DNA of 64,000 nt from contig CM030334.1 in assembly GCA_017654855.1 (NCBI GenBank), positions 3,410,001 through 3,474,000 of the forward strand, given 5' to 3'. The notes beneath the pieces were generated by a model, which ran no database searches, was not told where the DNA came from, and saw only the letters and a program-made list of their open reading frames with translations. This document shows, piece by piece, positions 1 to 11,656 of this stretch; within the stretch, counting starts at the first letter, position 1, and every line of letters starts with the position of its first letter. A program made the translations under genes and the position numbers. Source of the stretch: Podospora anserina. Its lineage: Eukaryota.

Positions 1-459
1 TGTGCCGGTTATTACTAGGACTATGAGCTGATAATTTGTGCATGGGAAGATGGGATAGAATGTGCAGGGATGGAATAATGCAGGAATGGTATGGGTGAGG
101 GGATAAGTGCAGGGTTGTCGTGGGTGAAACATGACTCGGGTATATGTGGGGCTTATTTTCTTTGTAATGGGGTAATTAACTTTGCTGACTTGGATTATCA
201 AAGTCAGGGCTTTTCAAATAAGACTGTAGATAAGATTTCAGGTGAGAAGGCAGATGATAATAGCAGCAAGATATACGTAAGATTTTAGGCCCTTGGGTGG
301 ATACGAAACTGACCCTGACCATAAATGTCTCAAGAATAAGCTGCGGGGTTAGGCATCTACCAAAGTGTTTCTTCGGGTACCTCTTTCCTGCCCATTTTAC
401 TTTAAAAGCTAGGATCTTCCATGATGGAAGTCTCCACCATTGCACTACCCTAGACAGCC

Positions 460-2544
460 ATGTATTTACCATCGTCAGACTTTCGCAACATCCGTCACTG
501 GATCCACAATTGCGACCGCCTGCACACCGATTGCCCACCGACGCCGAATCAGTATCGCCAACCTCACGAAATCCCGTCATGGGTTCTTGACCTACGGAAT
601 GGTTGTATCGTGCCTGGCAGCACAGCCTCCCGCTACGTGGCTCTCAGCTACGTCTGGTCGACGATTGAGAGTGAGAAGCTCACCCTCGAGCTGTGGACCG
701 GCAACCTACGTCAGTTCCAAAAGAGCGGCTTCCTTGATGGCATGAAGCAGGGCTTCCTCCCCGAAGTTATCAGCGACGCCATCGATCTTGTCAAGCAGCT
801 AGGGGAAAGATACCTGTGGGTTGATCGTCTGTGTATCGTGCAAGATGGGAGGATGAAACGAAGCGAGATCGAGAACATGGACAACATCTACTCCGGAGCT
901 TACTTCACCATCATCGCTGCTGCTTCGCCAGGCTTGTATGTCAATCTCGACCGGCGGCATCGTGCACCCATGGGGGTTTCTTTCTTCCACCGGTATCTGT
1001 ACGATAAGCTCCTAAAGTCCAAATGGGCTACGCGAGGGTGGACATTCCAGGAACAGGTTCTTTCGCGACGCTCCATCATCTTCGTGAACGGGGATGTATT
1101 TTGGGACTGTCGGAACTCTTTATGGAGCCATGAGAACCCTGGCCCTCGGAAGGAAGCAGGCGAGGGATATGACACATACTCTCAGAAACAGATTGATAAC
1201 CATGAGATGGCGGTTACGGTGCCATCGACCGCCTTCGCCGACTTTAGACTTTACAGAGAGCTTGTCTGCCTCTACAGCGGCCGTGACCTGACATATGCGC
1301 AGGATGTCCTGTCAGCCTTTATGGGAATCATCAACGAACTCTCACACACCTTTCCTGGTGGGTTCGTCGGTGGTCTACCTGTTCTGTTTCTGGATGCCGC
1401 GCTACTGTGGCAGCCATTCAGCAAGGGCAAACGAAGAGTCTGGACGCAAGGGAGATCCGAGGATGCGGACATGCCCAAAACCAACCTCCCATCTTGGTCA
1501 TGGTGCGGCTGGCACGCTGTTGTCGATCCGGAGAGCTTGCATGTGCGCTCTCTGGAGTGGCTACGTCCACAAATGCGGACTAAACCAATTGTGACGTGGT
1601 CAGTTTTGTCGGAGGACCTGCGCCTCGAAAGGAAACTGCCCGAGTCAAGGATTCTGGAAAACTATTGCAGACGCTTCCTGGACTGGGGCGACTGGGATAC
1701 CCCTCCGGGTTGGTCACGCCACGACATCAGGTACCCTCCTCCCAGGAATAGCACATGGACATACTGTGACACGCGCTCGCCCAAGCTCGACCCTAATCTA
1801 TTCTACACGTTCACCCACATTTCAGATCCTAGCAAGCTGTTCTGTCATCCCATCCCGATGGTGAACCCAGGAAGGAAGCCCACGGCCCACCCCCAAAACT
1901 GGCCGTACCTCCACTGTGAAGCAACGACGGGATGTTTCAAGATCCAGTCAATTCTCAGCCGAAAGTCGTCAGCCCAAGTGAAGCGCGAGGAGTCCCGTAT
2001 ATCTTCGCTCCACGTGCCATTCACGTCCCTCGACAAGTTCCACGGCGGACCGGAAGGAGAAGAATTATGTCGAGTCGTCTCCCTTACTGATGCCGACGGC
2101 CAGCCTGCCGGGCTGTTACGAATCATGGACGACGACACCGAGATCAGACCCGGCCAGGAGATAGAGCTGATGGCCATATCGTTGGGATCCATGGGGTGGG
2201 ATGAGACATTTTCGTCGTATGAAGAACGCGTCGACCTGTTGAAGTCGGCCGATTACCCACGCATGGAGCACAGTTTTGTGCGAGACCCGCCTTCGGATGA
2301 TGAGGATGGTACAGGTTCCGAGACGGCGCCGTTGACGTTTAGGCCTAGGCGTGCGGCGGCGGTAGAGACAGCTCACTCGCGAGCAGCACGGCCGTGGGGG
2401 CGTAAGGGGGAGCATTACCGGTTTTATAATGTTTTGTGGATTGAGCGGAGGGGTGGTATCGCGTATCGGAAGGCTGCTGGGAGGGTGGCGAGGGAGGTTT
2501 GGGAGAGGAATTGTGGGGAGAAATTGAGTGTTATTCTTGGGTAA
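460..2544 (+). CDS. HET-domain (heterokaryon incompatibility, PF06985-like) protein, TOL/PIN-C-like subtype, 694 aa
   Basis: Intronless ORF with HET blocks YVALSYVW, RYLWVDRLCIVQD, MDNIYSGAYFTIIAA, WATRGWTFQEQVLSRR and downstream PSWSWCGW. Confidence 0.9.
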   Translation: MYLPSSDFRNIRHWIHNCDRLHTDCPPTPNQYRQPHEIPSWVLDLRNGCIVPGSTASRYVALSYVWSTIESEKLTLELWTGNLRQFQKSGFLDGMKQGFLPEVISDAIDLVKQLGERYLWVDRLCIVQDGRMKRSEIENMDNIYSGAYFTIIAAASPGLYVNLDRRHRAPMGVSFFHRYLYDKLLKSKWATRGWTFQEQVLSRRSIIFVNGDVFWDCRNSLWSHENPGPRKEAGEGYDTYSQKQIDNHEMAVTVPSTAFADFRLYRELVCLYSGRDLTYAQDVLSAFMGIINELSHTFPGGFVGGLPVLFLDAALLWQPFSKGKRRVWTQGRSEDADMPKTNLPSWSWCGWHAVVDPESLHVRSLEWLRPQMRTKPIVTWSVLSEDLRLERKLPESRILENYCRRFLDWGDWDTPPGWSRHDIRYPPPRNSTWTYCDTRSPKLDPNLFYTFTHISDPSKLFCHPIPMVNPGRKPTAHPQNWPYLHCEATTGCFKIQSILSRKSSAQVKREESRISSLHVPFTSLDKFHGGPEGEELCRVVSLTDADGQPAGLLRIMDDDTEIRPGQEIELMAISLGSMGWDETFSSYEERVDLLKSADYPRMEHSFVRDPPSDDEDGTGSETAPLTFRPRRAAAVETAHSRAARPWGRKGEHYRFYNVLWIERRGGIAYRKAAGRVAREVWERNCGEKLSVILG

Positions 2545-5500
2545 CACACGGGATTTATTCAGACTATTGGAAAAGAACAAGATGACGATAAAGTTAAAGG
2601 AAGGTGGCTGAACAGATGAGAAAGAGGGGATACCCGTCGAAGAAAGAACATGGCGATTTCCTTCAAGGAATCGACCATATTTTTCTCGGTATTGACACTG
2701 ATTCCGCCGCCGCCTTGCGTATTCACCAAACCCACAATAAAAACTGGGTTGTCAATAAGACTCAAGTTTTGTTAGATGTGAATCTTACCTAAGTGGGGAT
2801 ATCTGCCAATGCTATACCCAAGAATGATGTGCTCGCAGCACAAACAATCAACGAGAAAGCTGTTTTTACCTTTGTCTTGCGCCCAGCTACAAGTATGGGA
2901 CGGAAGATGTCTGTAAGGTTCCTTCAAAGGCAGCACCCGGTATTCTTTGCTGTGCAGAGTCTTTAAAGCATCGACTTGGGGCCAATTTTGGCTACTTCAA
3001 AATGAGAGGTTCGGTGGAGGGTTGCTGTAGGGGGGTGGTTAGTTTGTGGGACTTGATGTGGGGGTTTAAGGTGGGAGAGGTTGGGAACTTGGGGGTCGAG
3101 GTGGGGGTTGGAGGTTAGAGGTTATGTGAACAGTGGGGGTTGATATGAGATTTTGCTGGGGAGTTTAAAGCGGCCGAGTGAGAAGTTGATCATGTAAGCA
3201 ATTAAGAGCCGGAACCTGAATGGACGAGGCGTAGAGCGAGGGTGGACTGAGAGGAGAAAGTGGGATGAGTTGCATGAATGAGGAGTGAACCGAAGAGAAG
3301 CATCATAAGCTGAGACATTGATTTCTCAGGGTCACGCAGAAATTCTCTGGATCAGTTGTGGGACGACGGTACCCACTGTCATGCATGGTACCTGAGCTGT
3401 CCCCGTTCCAACGTTATAGTTGCCTAGATCGTTGTTAGGTACCTAGTCATGATACTGAGGAATAAAGATGTTAGATAAGGCAACTAGCCTAGACCCCATT
3501 AATCCTAGCGCCGGCAGCCAACTCTAAAATGCGGCCAACCTTATTTTGTAGATTGAACACTGTGCGCAATTGCCAGTGCGGAGGGTGTGGGGACGGGAGG
3601 CCGCTTGTTTTCTCACCCACCTCCAAATGCCCTCATGCGGCGTTTGCCAGTTTTATGGCTCGAAAATCACCCCACCAACCTCACCTTACCTATCTGCATA
3701 CCTACCCAACTCCCCCATTTGAGTTGTTGCTACATATGACATGATGCTCAACTGAGCAAAAGCCTCTGTTTACGGTGTGCAGAGAGAGGAAAGGCTCGAG
3801 GGTTGGTGCTCACTTGGCTTGGCATGGTGTCGAGACAGCGCCGCCAGGCTACACCAGGCTCGGCGTATCTAGATCGTTGTTGGTCCTGGGCGGAACTCCT
3901 CTCAGTGAATTTGTCCGGGAGCACAAGCGTCATTGGACCAGACAACCTCCTACTGCATTGTCGGCCCGTTCTCGGCAGAGGCATTGAAGGTATGTAGCCT
4001 CGCAGCGATCAAGGAGAAAACTGCTGAAACACGTCAGAAATGACAGATATGTCGGAGCTGTTTTCCTAGGTCTGAGACTATGATAAAGTGTGGACTAAAG
4101 ATGGCTGTACAATGTCTTGGTCATCCGTTTTCTAATCCCGAAGCCTTGGGTAACCTAAGATTCGGGATCTCAGTGCTGACACAGTTTAAACTATTTCGGA
4201 GTTTGGGGACAAAACAAGACAATGGTCCGATAGGGCTGCCAGGTGAGCGGGTTGTAGCAGATTCTTGTGTGCGTGTGCGTCAGATCCTGGGTGACAGTTG
4301 ACAAGGTTGTAAGGCCAAGGCAGACTAGGGCAAGAAAAGCCGGCCGGGAGCTCGGGGTGAATAAGCCATTACTTGGAAAAACCAGGACTGGGTTCTCTGA
4401 ATGAAGCCTGGGCAACCTTGGGTTCGACTCGGTCCGGTTTCCTGCAGCTTCGGCATTTCTAAACCATCCATGTAGTGTATTACACGCCCGGTGACAAGAA
4501 TGCCCTGTCGAATGGTACGTCTTCCGGAAAAAAGATGGCTGCATGTCCAGCGAGAGACAAGGGATTACAAAACATGTCTAAACATGACCTCGTCGAACCC
4601 ATGTTTGTCAGACGTACCACGCGTCACTTGGTACCGACACATGCCGGGTTTCGTAGGGCACAGTCGAACGATCGGAGCCGATGTAGAAGACACAAGATGG
4701 GGCCGAGAAGCGGTGACCAGAGCTAACGCTAGTGCAATGGGCTACTACCCGCATCAAGAAGCCGAGGTGTTGCAAGCACTTGACATGGCATCTGATTGGA
4801 AAGCCATGATGAATCCAGTGAGACGAATGGCTGTAGCGATGGCATCCGGTTCAACTATTTCTAAACGGGGAAAATGAGGACAGAAACACAACATTGTTTC
4901 ATGCATGACGACGTTTCCGCAAGGCCTTTTGCAGATCGCCTGCCTCCAATGAGAGCTGACAATTCGGCTTGCGCGGGGAACTTCAGGGGCTGGGCAGTTC
5001 AAAAAGACGCTGGGCAAGCGGACCTCGGGAGCATAAACCGATCACACTTCAGTGGTGGTCTCTGTGCTGCAGTGCCACAAAAGGCCAGTTCCCATTCTGG
5101 GGACTTGAAACATCGTGTTTTGCCCTCGTGAGCTCGCGCAAGCCTTTTTTCTGCAAGCCTGGTTGCCTGACAGGTCTCGCCAAGCCAAATTGAGACGGTA
5201 CTTCATTGGCAGCAGCAGGTACCTCAAGAGCGGGCGCCTGCCAGTTTGCGCCATGTCGGTTGCCAACAGAAGTAACCCTCACCGGTTACACCGTCAGTAT
5301 CCTCTGTAAGGCTGGAGGTAGCGGGTGGCGACATCGATTGCGCGCTCCAGTGGTCGACTCCTCGGCATCCTACTGTTTCCGAGGGGTCAAAAGAATGTCG
5401 TGCGATAACCCTTGGCTTGGCTGCCACCTCATGGTTGGAAAGCAATGTTATGACCTGATATTGCTTTAGACAAAGGTAGCAAGCAGGTAGGGGCCGCGCA

Positions 5501-7408
5501 AGCTCATTGATGATAGCATCTGTTGACGGGATGGAATTGTCCCGAGCGGTGTCGACGTCGTCTTTGACGGCAGATGATCTGCGATGAGTGACGGGACAGG
5601 GTCCAGGGTCCCTGGTGCTGCCCACCGAACAATCACTGCCGGGGATTTGGAAGCCGAGATCTCGGGGTTGGCTGATGCGGGGCGGCGAGGACCGTTGGAA
5701 GGCCAGCCTTGCGCGGTCTTGACTCCCGCTTTGGGTCTTGACTCCCGTGTCATCTATGGTAACCAGTTGTCAGTTACAATCCTCGTAATCAATGTCTCGC
5801 ATGCCGTTCTGCATCAGAGTCAACACGAGACCATGCAGCTTGTCCGAATGCCTGCATATGCCATCCAGGGGCATTTTTTCTTACATCGTTTGTCATCTGG
5901 TTTCACCACCCAACTCACCGCCCAGGTGTTCTTGGCATTGAATCCGGACCGGGTCTGGACCGCCGAGGCAACCCTTTGTCAACCTGAACACACAACACAC
6001 TACAGCATGACATCACTGGGCTGTAGCTTGAAACGAATTCGTATCGCGGCCGAGATGCCATTCGCTGGGTTGGGTAGTAGCCTGGAAGCTGGGTGCAAGA
6101 TTGGTTCTCATCTTGAAACGACTCCGAGTCTACGGGCACAGGTACCGTTTGTTTCCTGTGGGCCGGATGACGGGATGGGGTTGTGAGCGGAAAAGAAAAG
6201 CTGTCGCATGGGTATGCAAGAAGAAAGAAGCTCGACGTTTGGCCGAATTGGACAGCCGATGTGGTGTGCAGATGATTGGTGGGCGAATGGGCGGCGGGAC
6301 GAGCTGCCACTTCTTTGCTTGGGACACGCCTGCCCAACGTTGACCCAATCTTGTGTGTTCACACCCTCATTCTCTCGAGGCACATGAACCAATGGTACCA
6401 TCCATGCATTTCTCGCTGATCATCCAAGTCACGGGTGCTGCAGTTGTTGACCTCAGAATCCTTCCACATAACTTGGTGAGTTTTGTTCTGTCTCAGAATC
6501 AGTCGAGAACGGTGGTGGTGAGTATCCTGATGCACCGCAACGGCAAGGCACACTACCTGGGATACATGGCCGCACAAATCATTGAAGAGAGTGCCAAATT
6601 GGAGGAAAGATGGCTTTTCTTTCGGCTGTGTGTGTGTGGGCCGGCCGTTTCGTGAGCTAAGATTTTGACAGTGAGATCAATTGGACGAGAGCTGGCCTTC
6701 CTCCCCTTGTCGTGCGGGTTTTGCCACAAGGTACCGATCCACTTTGATACCAAAAACTGCAGGAACCTCGAACAAGGCGTCTTTGCTGCGTGATTGGTCG
6801 AAAGCATCCACGGGAAATGCGGGCCAAGCCATCCTTCAGACTCGCCAATCCCCGGATTGAACCTTGGTCCTTAGGAGCTTAGGTGGGTTGGCACGTTGGG
6901 TGCTGGGGGAAGGGCCGCGTTTGTCATGGGGGAGAAGGCTCTCACCCAAGTCTCTGATAAATAGCCAGATTGTTCCCAAAACTTTTCGCTTGAAGTTTAT
7001 TAATCGGGGACTTCATCATCTATTCAGAGATTCATCAATCCGTACTGGCATTAGTTGCTCGTTCTACGTTCTTCAACACTAGTCCGCTGTTTCTTCACAG
7101 CACGTTGGATTCCCAGGTCATTTAGCTTTCCAAGTCCTCTTCAACAGGCCATCTTCAACAAAAAGATCTTGGAAGAACTTGGAGTCCCAGTGCAAAGGTT
7201 TTCTGCATTCTCGTCATTTTCTTTGTCGAATAGACGCAAAATCTGGATCTGCTCTCATCAGTAAGTCCAAGTTGCTGATTCCACATCACAATCTTATCTC
7301 CGTCTGGCTGCTCACGAGCGGGAGATCTCCGCCCAGGGACCTGGTCTCACCCCACCCGTTTCTTAAACTGACACCGTCCAATCACACAGGCAGTGACGCA
7401 ACAACATC

Positions 7409-7708
7409 ATGGTGCAATTCCAGGCCCTGGAGCGGCGGCTGTCGACAATCACGAGAACCGGCGAAGCATCATACGAGCCAGACTACATCATGCACAGGTT
7501 CCTCAATCCTCGCCGCGAGGAACCATCATTTCGGCGTGAGATCTCGTGGATCTTGATCTGGAGGCGATGGAGGCGAGCAGCGTTGGGCGGCCATGCTGTG
7601 CCGTTTGGGAGTCCCATGCCGACCGAGAGACTGGTTGCGAGAAGCCGTGCACGGGGAAGGGCAAGAATGCGCGCCATTTTACAGGACTTGGAGCCCAGGC
7701 TACCTTGA
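7409..7708 (+). CDS. Small hypothetical protein (99 aa) preceded by a 5'-UTR intron; possible divergent member of the small-gene cluster
   Basis: Canonical intron 7261-7389 (GTAAGT...CTGAC...CACAG) ends 19 nt before an ATG in good context (ACATCATGG); T-rich tract after the stop. Confidence 0.45.
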   Translation: MVQFQALERRLSTITRTGEASYEPDYIMHRFLNPRREEPSFRREISWILIWRRWRRAALGGHAVPFGSPMPTERLVARSRARGRARMRAILQDLEPRLP

Positions 7709-8765
7709 TGGCGGCCTTGTTTTTTTCGAGTGTATCTCTTGCTTGTGCTATTTTTTCTTTTTTTTTCTGTTCTTTCTATTGGCTTGTCTGGTTGGCGCAA
7801 CGGGGGCTGGAGATCCTGGAGGTAGACCCGCTATTAATAGCTACACTGACGAAGACAGTGCAGCACTTGATCGTTGATCATGGTGGGGAGATTTGGTTCT
7901 GCCAGGATAACTATTGAATAACCTTAGTTTTATTTTTATTTTCGCATTCGATAGAGTGTCAATTGAGATTATTGCTGCCTTGAGGCTCTGCTATGCCGAT
8001 GGTCCACAAAGACTTGTGCTTTCTCTGTGAAGCCGCCAAAAATAAACTTTTGGTGGGGTTCCCGCTGTCGAATGGGGGCTTCTACCAGCGCAAATTCTAC
8101 AATCGTATTGTTGGTGTTTTCCATCTTGTTCTTTGTCCCCAGGTCTGCAGGGTTCAATCCTCAATAACAACTCATCTAAAATTGGCTTAGTATTCTCTCT
8201 CTTCTTTCGGTGAAATTTTTTTGCTACATGGTAGTCAATGCTCTCCAACGCAGGCGACCGCGCTCTTTCAAGCGGAGATGCCGGAGGCCCCTCCGAGCTG
8301 AACAGGCACGTCAACCCTTGACCGTCGGGCCCTGGACCCCGCCTTCTAACACCCATCTCAGGTCAACCTGGGAATGGAAACTCTTTGCCCATCCGCCATT
8401 CTGCAGCCCAAAGAGCGGATGGTTTTCTTGGGGCATTGCCCACGCCCCCACGTCCGAGCCTGAATGCTGCAAACGGACTTTTGGAAGACAGCACCCAGCC
8501 TTTCAGGTTTTTCGGATGAATTTGTCACCCGGGACCTGGAGCATGGATAGAGAAGCCCAGACCGGCTGAACGACGGTCAACAGTGACGCACAACTGCCCG
8601 CCATTCTGCGCCTCTAGTGAGAGCCGGTAGACCACGAACCGGCGGGGACGAGGCTTGCGAGGATTATCGGCGACAACCTGGAAACAGTTCCAGGCGTCTG
8701 TGCGGTGAATCTCAGCATCGCTGCTCTCACCCTTTGCCCGTGCCGCGTACGATCTGACGGGGCCC

Positions 8766-8811
8766 GGAAAACCAGCGGGGAAAACCAGCGGGGAAAACCA
8801 GCGGGGAAAAC
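8766..8811. repeat. Tandem repeat of 13-mer GGAAAACCAGCGG, ~3.5 copies
   Basis: Read directly: ggaaaaccagcgg x3 followed by ggaaaac. Confidence 0.9.
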
Positions 8812-11135
8812 TCCACGAAGGTCAGAGAGCTCGAGGCGAGGGTTTGCATGCACTTCAACGGAGGCAGATCAATACTCCGCAACGCCGCACCCGGTTTTCC
8901 ACTCCCATCCTGCCTGCTCATGACGGCACCTGACCGAACACACGCCTTGGTGCAATAAAGAGGACCCAGCCGCCAATAAGAGCGGCCCCTCAACGTGCTG
9001 TCCTATCGCCAGCGTTTCATCAGACTCTCCGTAGTCGCGGCAGCCGGTATTGTTCCGGTCGGTGAGTTGACCCGATGCCTGATTTGATGCGTTGACAAGA
9101 CTCCTGATCGAACCCTGACATTTGATAGGGAGGAGATATCCAGAAACGGAAAAATTTGCCAAATCCCAGATGCAGGACCATATCTTCTTAGCCCACCCGA
9201 GGTATACCTATCAGACGCCGTTGTGGGTGCGGCTTTGCTCCACTGCTTAGAGTTGCCGTTGCCCCTTCCTTTTTTTCAAGTCGCTCTTCGCTAGATCTTG
9301 GCCGGCGCCGTGCGAGGCACAGCTTGTTTTTTTCTAGAACAAGCACACCCCCTAGCCCCTTGCGCGCGGTTATCGTACACCTTGTTGCTGCTGAGGGCGG
9401 TTGCATACTGATACCCCCGCGGGTAACGCTGCCATTGCAGCAGTGTAGCTAATGGGGTAGGTAAAGCTGATGTTATGAATTATTCTACACTCTTTGATAC
9501 ATGGGTGGTGTCTCTATAGGGTGGCCCTTTGTTAAAGAGCCACGCCCCTCCCCCGGGCCTCTTTGCCTCACTCCCGTGCCTGGTTACCTGCGCTCCTTAG
9601 ACTGCGCTGTTGCTCATCGCCTTGAGTGCGACCGCTCGTTGTTGTTTCTCCTACTCCCTTTCACTTATCAACCATAGGAACAGCAATTGGCAAATTGGAA
9701 TCACACTGCACATGTAATAGTGTGTGCCGGGGAGAGGTTAAAGAAATGCTGTTCTCGAAAGTCTGACAACTAACGCATGGAGAGACAGGTAGCTGGCGCA
9801 CAACGATACAGCGTTGGGTACCAGACCAGCTTTTTTGAGGGGGTGTGACTGTTTAGCAGGTGCAGTTTTGCCCTTTCTCTGGCAATGGACCACGATCATC
9901 TGCAAAACTCAGATGGTGTTTGGGGGGTCTGAATAGACTGGGGCCTCTTCAGCGAACATGGGGTTCCACTGCGGTGAACATGGAGGGGGACCGGGGCAGG
10001 GTTGACAGGGGCTCGGGGGCACACAGGGGCCACGGAGCCACGGTCGACAAGGGTCAGGGAGGTCATCAGGGGGTGAAGCAGGGGTGGATGGCTGCTACAA
10101 TATTCGGATTCTGATCGACGACACCCGTCCACACAATCCCGAAGAGACAAGTTTCGTGGACCAAGAATGCGTCGGGTTGCATCACGCCTTGTGCTGCTGG
10201 TGGAGGGGTTGCCAAGCCAGTGCTGGTTGGGCGTGTGCTTCGCTGCCATGATAGTCCCGGCGGGGGGTTAGGTTCAGCCGAAACCATTGCAACCCGAACA
10301 CTCACCACAGTGGGGAGAGAATATTCCACACACTGGGTGTGATCCCACTAGACTACCTCTCAAAGGGTTGAATGCCTGGCTGCCGGCGCCACGCTCCGCA
10401 CTCATAACTAGTCAATTTGGATCAGCGCCATACATATTCTACTAGGATTTGATGGGGGTGCATTACATGGGCCAGTGTCTTCTCGCCAAACCGCCTCCTT
10501 CTTGTGAATGGCAACGTGGTCACTGCAGGGAATACAAAGTCTTCGAGACCGTGATATCTTTGAGTTGATACCGCGCCAACGACCGAGAGATCGGCTAATA
10601 TCGCGAGAAGGCGTGTGACTACATGGAATGCCAGCTGTGGTGTGCGCTTCGATATCCGCCTGGTGGCGCTCCAGGGATGTCGCGGGGGTGTGTGAGAAAG
10701 AAGTCTCCATATAACGTCCAAGGGAGTGGTCGGGCAACGGGAGGGGTAGGTGAGGGGTGCGCTGCAGTAGGCCGAGAAAATGAACCGTTTGCAGGGGAAC
10801 AGGGGAACAGGCAGGGGATAGCGAAGGAGCAGGGAAGGTATCGAGAAGGAGCAGGGAATGTATCGCGAAGGCGTACATAGATTTCTAGTCTTGGCGGTCG
10901 GGTAGCGGCTGCAGGGCCAATTGGTCAACCTGGAAACTCAACCAGCCTCTACGTGCAGTTCATGTAATACAATACCTCTTCAGTCACCACAACTCCCCTT
11001 CTGTCGTCGACTGAAACTTCCCTATAAATATATGAGGTTCTCGCTTCTCTTTTGACAGTAGTTGTGTGATTTGCAACGCTTTCAATCAACCATCTAATAG
11101 ACTCACACCTGATAATATCCTTATCGCTCTTCAAG

Positions 11136-11656
11136 ATGGAAACCAACACTTCATCGGACTTCTCAAGGTGAGATTCACCTATCCACGACACCTTACCCAA
11201 CCGCAATATTATCACCGCACAGCATCAATCTGTTTGAATCTAAAAGCAGTCAGGCTTGCTAACCTTTTCTCCTGTAGCCAGTCCAGCAATCCTATCTTGA
11301 CACCGCGGACAACCTCTGCCACTCACAACACCGGCATCTTTGGTAACAACGACAAGCACGAGTCTACAGCTAGTTCGCACAACAATAGCCCGTCAATGCC
11401 AACCACAAGTCCAAAGCCCGAGGAGATCCAAACTGAGCCAACTGCAGCACGCAATTCCGACATTCTTGCATCTGCCTTCACCTCTTCAAGCTTCGATGCG
11501 GACAGCTCGCTGCATGGCCGTTTCCAAGACGCACCCCACCAGCACCCCAATCCCTACAGCCGCATCGGTTGTTACACCGTCAAAGCCCAGCAGCTGATTG
11601 ACAACTTTGACCAGCGGTTCGACCCCGAACACAACACCATCGATAAACCCGTCTAA
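11136..11656 (+). CDS. Small protein A of cluster, join(11136..11167,11278..11656), 136 aa
   Basis: TATAAATATA near 11023; ATG in TCAAGATGG; phase-2 intron GTGAGA...GCTAAC...TGTAG joins METNTSSDFS in frame to ...DILASAFTSSSFD...CYTVKAQQLIDNFDQRFDPEHNTIDKPV*. Confidence 0.75.

Noticed and set aside
3500-6900. Many overlapping 60-200 aa ORFs, e.g. 5584-6186
   Set aside because: No recognisable motifs, codon bias or consistent splice structure; treated as non-coding.
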